A DNA stretch of 64,000 bases. Source: Naegleria gruberi. Its lineage: Eukaryota. Under the pieces are notes generated by a model. It saw only the letters and a program-made list of their open reading frames with translations. It was not told where the DNA came from and did no database searches. Each line of letters begins with the position of its first letter. The first letter of the stretch is position 1. The stretch lies in assembly GCA_000004985.1 (NCBI GenBank), contig GG738845.1; one strand, written 5' to 3'. Positions 57,669 through 64,000 of the stretch are shown in pieces. The position numbers and the translations under genes are program-made.

Positions 57669-60546
57669 ATGATCTCTAATGAGGACACCATTCCCAAAAC
57701 ACCCACCTCGTCTTCGGAGGACACACCAAGGAAAGAGGTTAAAGAAGCAAATAGTTTAATAGATCCTTCATCACAAAAAAAGGAAGAAGAGGAATATACT
57801 GTAGAGGACGATAATTTTGAAGGAAGTAGATTAAAATTTTAGTAAGTTTTAGTTAAATTGATAAAGATAACAACAATACTAGTCACACACTAGGTTTAAG
57901 GAGCATACCACAACCTATTCAACATTTGGAAAATGAGGAAGAAATGGTTTACCTAGTTGGAAAACATGTTTCCATCTATAATTACGAAAAAAGAACTCAT
58001 TCTTTCATTTTAAAAAGTAACAACATTCTGGAAATACATTGCTTTGCTATTTCCCCAAATAGAGCTCTTATAGCATTGAGTGAATCATTTATCGATCAGA
58101 AAAAGAAACTTAGCAACACCCCAAACACAAAAGACGCAGTAGAACATCAAATTTCTGTTTATAATTTCAAGAATGCAAAAAGAGCAAGAGTACTTAGTGT
58201 TGTAGGACCATCTGGTAAATCGACTCCAGTTATTTCAATGGCTTTTTCAGGAGATGCTCAGTATTTGGCAGCAGTAACAGATGAACCTGAACAAGCAATT
58301 TATTTATGGCATCTAGCAAAAGCAAATGTAAGTCTAAATTGAATGATTGTGACAATGAACTTGAATTCAGAGAATATCATGTAAAAAAATACCATTCAAA
58401 GTAACTCAAATCTCTATTAATCCTTATTCCCCTTGGCAACTTGCTACTTCTGGGCCAGATGATATGAAAATTTGGAGATACACAGAAGGAGAGTTGAAAC
58501 ATATTGACCCAATAGGGAGTGACAAGTATACTTACAAATGTCATTCTTGGTATGATGACGAAAAGTTGCTTGTAGGAACTGAGGAAGGTCAGGTACTTGT
58601 TATCGAAGGGAAAAATGTCGTAAAAGTGATTTCCAATGTTCACCCTAATGCATCAGGTATCCTTTGTATTGAGGCAATAGATAGAGGTTTTGTTTGTGCT
58701 GGTGAAAATGGTTATTTCTCTGTTTTTGAAAGGACGTACGATTCAGAACATTTTAATCATTACAAAAAATTTAGAACTATTGAAAAAAGGAAAATTGTTG
58801 CATTGTGTGTTTCCAGAAAGGAGAATAATGTAATTTGTAGTTATGATGACAACAAACTTGCCTTCTTTTCTTTAGCGAATGTAGATATTCTCAAAGAAAA
58901 TGATAACAACTTTACACTCCTGCCTGTGGGATTCCATGGCCAACTAGTTCTAGGAATGTCAAATTGTATTCAAAAACCGTTACTTGTTACTTGTGGATCT
59001 GATAGGACATTACGGTTATGGAATTATGTAAAAAGACAAATCGAGCTGGAAAAAACATTTGATGAGGATGTTTATTGTGTAACTTTGGATCCAACTGGAA
59101 CAAGAATATTACTAGGATTTAGGTACAAGTTGAGTTGTTATGCAATATTATCAAATGATTTATATTTATTACATGATTGGCATATTAAGGGATGTAAGCT
59201 AGCCAACTATTCGAATGGAGGACATTATTTTGCATGTGTATCGGCAACATCAATATTGGTTATATCCTCTCTAACATTTCAAGTTGTAAATACATTGAGA
59301 GGGCATAGTGGAATCATTAAATCAGTGGTTTGGGGTAAAAATGATACTCAACTTGCATCAGCAAGTTTTGATGGAACTATCTGTGAGTGGGATATTGTAT
59401 CTGACAAACTAAGAATACATGAAAATGTTGTTAAAACTTGTGCATTCAGATGCGTTGCCTATGATCACAAAAATCACATGTGCTCTGGAGTTGGAAGTGA
59501 TGGTAATTTGTGGACGTTTGGAGGTGGAACACTATTCAGTCAAATTCCAACAAAGGAAGATCTAACCTGCCTTGTTTATTGTTCCCAGGCTGAACTAGGG
59601 ATTGTTGGTACAGCAAGTGGAAAACTTCTCTTGTATGCTTGGCCTCCAGATGACCATGCGTTTGTAGAGTATGAGGTTCACAATGGTGCAATTTCATCTA
59701 TAATATTAAGTCAGGATGAAAAGTTTCTGTTCACTTTAGGAGCAGATGACACTCTTTTCATGCTAGAAATTGAGACAAGAAAAGAAGGAAAAACTCTTCA
59801 ATTGAAATCTGTAGATTTTGATAAGTTTTATGATCTCTATTACACACTGAGAGGAATAGAAGAAGAAACAGAACAGCAAATAATGGAACTTTCAGATAAA
59901 GCAAAACTAGCAAGTGATGAAAATGAACGAAAATACCAACACATTGTGGATAGATATGACCAAGAACTTGAGTCTCAAAAAATGAAATTTACAAACGATA
60001 TTAAGGAATTAAAACGAAGGAATGAACTACTAAAATCTCAGTTAACAGATCAAGAAGCTAATTCCAAAGAAAACGTTAACAGAATTGAGTATTCACATCA
60101 GGAAGAAATAGACCATGAGCGAACCATCTCTGAAAACCTCTTGAAAGAAACAAAAGAAAAATATGATAGGGAAATAGAAAGTTTGAAGGAGAAACTAGCA
60201 TACTTTGTTGATTTGGTGAAGGTTATGACCGAGAAACACGAAGAAGAAATTGAGAAATTGAAGCAAGAGTATGAGGAAGAAAAACTTCAGCTGGTTGAAA
60301 CCTATGATAACCTTAGCCAAGACTTTAAACAATTATCAAGTGTTTATCAGGCGACAGTACAACAATCAGAGGAAGATTTTGACACTCAACTTAAAAGAGT
60401 TAAGACATCCTTGATTCATACAATCGAAAAACACAAACAATCCGTTATTGAAGCCAAAGGAGAGGCTGTTAAAAAAGGAACCAAAGTTGAAGAGCTGAAG
60501 AAGGAAATAACCTTGCTCAAGTCAAAAGTTTCAAAGCAAGAAGAAA
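57669..60546 (+). CDS. CFAP57: CFAP57/WDR65 orthologue (axonemal WD40-repeat plus coiled-coil protein), 3'-truncated by an assembly gap. Join(57669..57841,57883..58327,58371..>60546).
   Basis: Introns are gtaagt...tactag (57842-57882) and gtaagt...attcag (58328-58370). Several blocks align to human CFAP57. HTLGLRS...MVYLVGKHVSIYNYEK matches HVFGLRS...IIFPSGNHCVKYNIDQK. FAISPNRALIALSE matches LSISPNRRYLAISE. VISMAFSGDAQYLAAVTDEPEQAIYLWHLAK matches [80 protein letters not shown] matches [49 protein letters not shown]. The C-terminal coiled coil runs into the N-gap at 60547. Confidence 0.8.
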
Positions 60547-60596
60547 NNNNNNNNNNNNNNNNNNNNNNNNNNNNNNNNNNNNNNNNNNNNNNNNNN
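60547..60596. other. Assembly gap (50 N) interrupting the 3' end of the CFAP57-like gene.
   Basis: A run of exactly 50 n characters. The ORF-track translation shows X residues here. Confidence 0.95.
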
Positions 60597-60818
60597 TTAT
60601 ATATGATTTGTGTGTTTATTTAATTTTTTAAATTTAAAGCACTGCTAATGCCAAGGCGATTAGTGATTGATTTTGAAAGCAATTAATAGATCATCTGAAT
60701 TTTCTATTGACAGAAACGTATTTTAGTAGTTCAGTTCTACCTAGTTGTAATAAACACCGGAAATTTATTTATGTTTTTAACATTAAAAGCTGAAAGTAGT
60801 AAAATGATGATATTTGAA

Positions 60819-60848
60819 ATATATATATATACACATATATATATATTT
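60819..60848. repeat. (TA)n / (AT)n microsatellite interrupted by ACAC.
   Basis: atatatatatatacacatatatatatat, read directly from the sequence. Confidence 0.8.
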
Positions 60849-61880
60849 TAATTGATGTTTGACAAACATATCCACCACATGTATGAAAATTCGTATTTTT
60901 CATTGAAATACTAATAAATTTCTATTTTAATTACTGCCAATTCAAACAGGCAACAAACGACACACATTATCACATTATCAGACATTGTAATAGCAAATGC
61001 TAAACCTTTTGTTGTTTATAATATGTGAAATCTGTAGACAGAAAAAAATGAAACACAGTTTTTAAGAAGAAATCATCGAAAAACTCAAGTAAAATGAAGA
61101 ATAGAAAATCACTTTTAAGGGGTAAAAAATTTAATCTGAATAGATAAATGAATTTGCGAGGAATTATGATGAAAAGGATGTAGTGAGAATGGGATTTGAT
61201 AAAGAGATAAGTAAAAAACATGATGAGGAGTATGATGAAGAATAAAAGAGAAATGATTTTTCTAACATAGATAAATATAATTTTTGTTCACATATATTCA
61301 CCCAATAATTTATCAAAACAATAAAATACCCCAAATCAATTCTCATATCACAACAAAATAAATTGTAAAAATATACAAAAATTATATTCAAACTCGAATT
61401 TAGATCTACAGTATTTCAGAAACGACACTTTATGTTGTTGATAAACCTATAAATTTGGATTTTTAGTTTTTTACAATTTTATATGATTTGTGTTTATTTA
61501 AAATTTACGGTTAGAGAGGAATTTTGGATATTATAGTACACTCGTTGTTGAGGTGTTCTTTTTGTCATCATCAGTAAGTGTAATCAGTATGGAGATTCTA
61601 GTTGGATATTATTGACAGCAATTACAAAAAGTACTTGTTATTATTATAAGACAACAATGGATTAGTGGGATAGTTAAGTGGTGTCTCAATCTTTGAACTT
61701 TTAATCTATTTGTCTTAATTTATTATTTTATTATTTTGTGGATTTAAAAACAGAGATTTATCCAAAAAGCCAAGCCAAAAATTCAACCAGATTGTCCTTT
61801 TTAAAAAGCCATATCCAAAAAAAGCGGTTTGGGATAGATATTGGATATTAATATACTCTCCTTCTAATAGTTGCAACTAC

Positions 61881-64000
61881 NNNNNNNNNNNNNNNNNNNN
61901 NNNNNNNNNNNNNNNNNNNNNNNNNNNNNNNNNNNNNNNNNNNNNNNNNNNNNNNNNNNNNNNNNNNNNNNNNNNNNNNNNNNNNNNNNNNNNNNNNNNN
62001 NNNNNNNNNNNNNNNNNNNNNNNNNNNNNNNNNNNNNNNNNNNNNNNNNNNNNNNNNNNNNNNNNNNNNNNNNNNNNNNNNNNNNNNNNNNNNNNNNNNN
62101 NNNNNNNNNNNNNNNNNNNNNNNNNNNNNNNNNNNNNNNNNNNNNNNNNNNNNNNNNNNNNNNNNNNNNNNNNNNNNNNNNNNNNNNNNNNNNNNNNNNN
62201 NNNNNNNNNNNNNNNNNNNNNNNNNNNNNNNNNNNNNNNNNNNNNNNNNNNNNNNNNNNNNNNNNNNNNNNNNNNNNNNNNNNNNNNNNNNNNNNNNNNN
62301 NNNNNNNNNNNNNNNNNNNNNNNNNNNNNNNNNNNNNNNNNNNNNNNNNNNNNNNNNNNNNNNNNNNNNNNNNNNNNNNNNNNNNNNNNNNNNNNNNNNN
62401 NNNNNNNNNNNNNNNNNNNNNNNNNNNNNNNNNNNNNNNNNNNNNNNNNNNNNNNNNNNNNNNNNNNNNNNNNNNNNNNNNNNNNNNNNNNNNNNNNNNN
62501 NNNNNNNNNNNNNNNNNNNNNNNNNNNNNNNNNNNNNNNNNNNNNNNNNNNNNNNNNNNNNNNNNNNNNNNNNNNNNNNNNNNNNNNNNNNNNNNNNNNN
62601 NNNNNNNNNNNNNNNNNNNNNNNNNNNNNNNNNNNNNNNNNNNNNNNNNNNNNNNNNNNNNNNNNNNNNNNNNNNNNNNNNNNNNNNNNNNNNNNNNNNN
62701 NNNNNNNNNNNNNNNNNNNNNNNNNNNNNNNNNNNNNNNNNNNNNNNNNNNNNNNNNNNNNNNNNNNNNNNNNNNNNNNNNNNNNNNNNNNNNNNNNNNN
62801 NNNNNNNNNNNNNNNNNNNNNNNNNNNNNNNNNNNNNNNNNNNNNNNNNNNNNNNNNNNNNNNNNNNNNNNNNNNNNNNNNNNNNNNNNNNNNNNNNNNN
62901 NNNNNNNNNNNNNNNNNNNNNNNNNNNNNNNNNNNNNNNNNNNNNNNNNNNNNNNNNNNNNNNNNNNNNNNNNNNNNNNNNNNNNNNNNNNNNNNNNNNN
63001 NNNNNNNNNNNNNNNNNNNNNNNNNNNNNNNNNNNNNNNNNNNNNNNNNNNNNNNNNNNNNNNNNNNNNNNNNNNNNNNNNNNNNNNNNNNNNNNNNNNN
63101 NNNNNNNNNNNNNNNNNNNNNNNNNNNNNNNNNNNNNNNNNNNNNNNNNNNNNNNNNNNNNNNNNNNNNNNNNNNNNNNNNNNNNNNNNNNNNNNNNNNN
63201 NNNNNNNNNNNNNNNNNNNNNNNNNNNNNNNNNNNNNNNNNNNNNNNNNNNNNNNNNNNNNNNNNNNNNNNNNNNNNNNNNNNNNNNNNNNNNNNNNNNN
63301 NNNNNNNNNNNNNNNNNNNNNNNNNNNNNNNNNNNNNNNNNNNNNNNNNNNNNNNNNNNNNNNNNNNNNNNNNNNNNNNNNNNNNNNNNNNNNNNNNNNN
63401 NNNNNNNNNNNNNNNNNNNNNNNNNNNNNNNNNNNNNNNNNNNNNNNNNNNNNNNNNNNNNNNNNNNNNNNNNNNNNNNNNNNNNNNNNNNNNNNNNNNN
63501 NNNNNNNNNNNNNNNNNNNNNNNNNNNNNNNNNNNNNNNNNNNNNNNNNNNNNNNNNNNNNNNNNNNNNNNNNNNNNNNNNNNNNNNNNNNNNNNNNNNN
63601 NNNNNNNNNNNNNNNNNNNNNNNNNNNNNNNNNNNNNNNNNNNNNNNNNNNNNNNNNNNNNNNNNNNNNNNNNNNNNNNNNNNNNNNNNNNNNNNNNNNN
63701 NNNNNNNNNNNNNNNNNNNNNNNNNNNNNNNNNNNNNNNNNNNNNNNNNNNNNNNNNNNNNNNNNNNNNNNNNNNNNNNNNNNNNNNNNNNNNNNNNNNN
63801 NNNNNNNNNNNNNNNNNNNNNNNNNNNNNNNNNNNNNNNNNNNNNNNNNNNNNNNNNNNNNNNNNNNNNNNNNNNNNNNNNNNNNNNNNNNNNNNNNNNN
63901 NNNNNNNNNNNNNNNNNNNNNNNNNNNNNNNNNNNNNNNNNNNNNNNNNNNNNNNNNNNNNNNNNNNNNNNNNNNNNNNNNNNNNNNNNNNNNNNNNNNN
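61881..64000. other. Assembly gap/unsequenced region (N-run to the end of the window).
   Basis: About 2.1 kb of n characters, read directly from the sequence. Confidence 0.95.

Noticed and set aside
61000-61391. Two small minus-strand ORFs in the AT-rich island.
   Set aside because: There is no codon bias resembling the neighbouring genes, and their low-complexity L/F/I-rich translation is what AT-rich DNA typically gives. No splice-compatible continuation was found.
1-64000. Prokaryote-style features (CRISPR arrays, operons, rho-independent terminators, IS elements).
   Set aside because: The window is clearly eukaryotic nuclear DNA (spliceosomal introns, Brr2, TAF4, syntaxin). No CRISPR-like direct repeats or terminal inverted repeats of a transposon were seen.

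Overview
This is a compact, AT-rich (roughly one-third GC by eye) nuclear eukaryotic locus, not prokaryotic. Stops follow the standard code. Introns are short (about 40-200 nt) with GTAAGT/GTATGT/GTGAGT donors, AG acceptors and occasional TACTAAC branch sites, and they are strongly 5'-biased. About 27 protein-coding genes lie on both strands in 60.5 kb, many as divergent pairs sharing less than 250 bp. Several ORF-track entries begin with M at non-ATG codons (TTG) and are really internal exons. The calls below join them by hand using splice signals, frame continuity and similarity to known families. Housekeeping genes include a dynamin (7 exons, with a P/Q-rich insert), cytosolic leucyl-tRNA synthetase, DDX10/Dbp4 DEAD-box helicase, Hsp110, the Brr2 spliceosomal helicase (2108 aa, intronless), TAF4, ERG25-type sterol C-4 methyl oxidase, an exportin, mitochondrial ribosomal protein bL17m and a plasma-membrane-type syntaxin. 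Scattered among these are four cilium/flagellum-type genes: a CFAP57/WDR65 orthologue, a TTLL tubulin glutamylase, an adenylate-kinase-domain protein (SPEF2/CPC1-like) and a protein resembling the dynein heavy-chain N-terminal tail with no motor. The most unusual item is a single 1174-aa gene fusing a PLP-dependent cysteine-desulfurase-like domain to a TtcA-type Fe-S tRNA thiolase domain. Also notable are a tandem-duplicated HMG-box gene and a long ER/K-repeat coiled-coil protein. A 50-N gap truncates the CFAP57 gene, an AT-rich gene-free island follows it, and a long N-run covers 61881-64000. No rRNA, tRNA, CRISPR or clear transposon was found.
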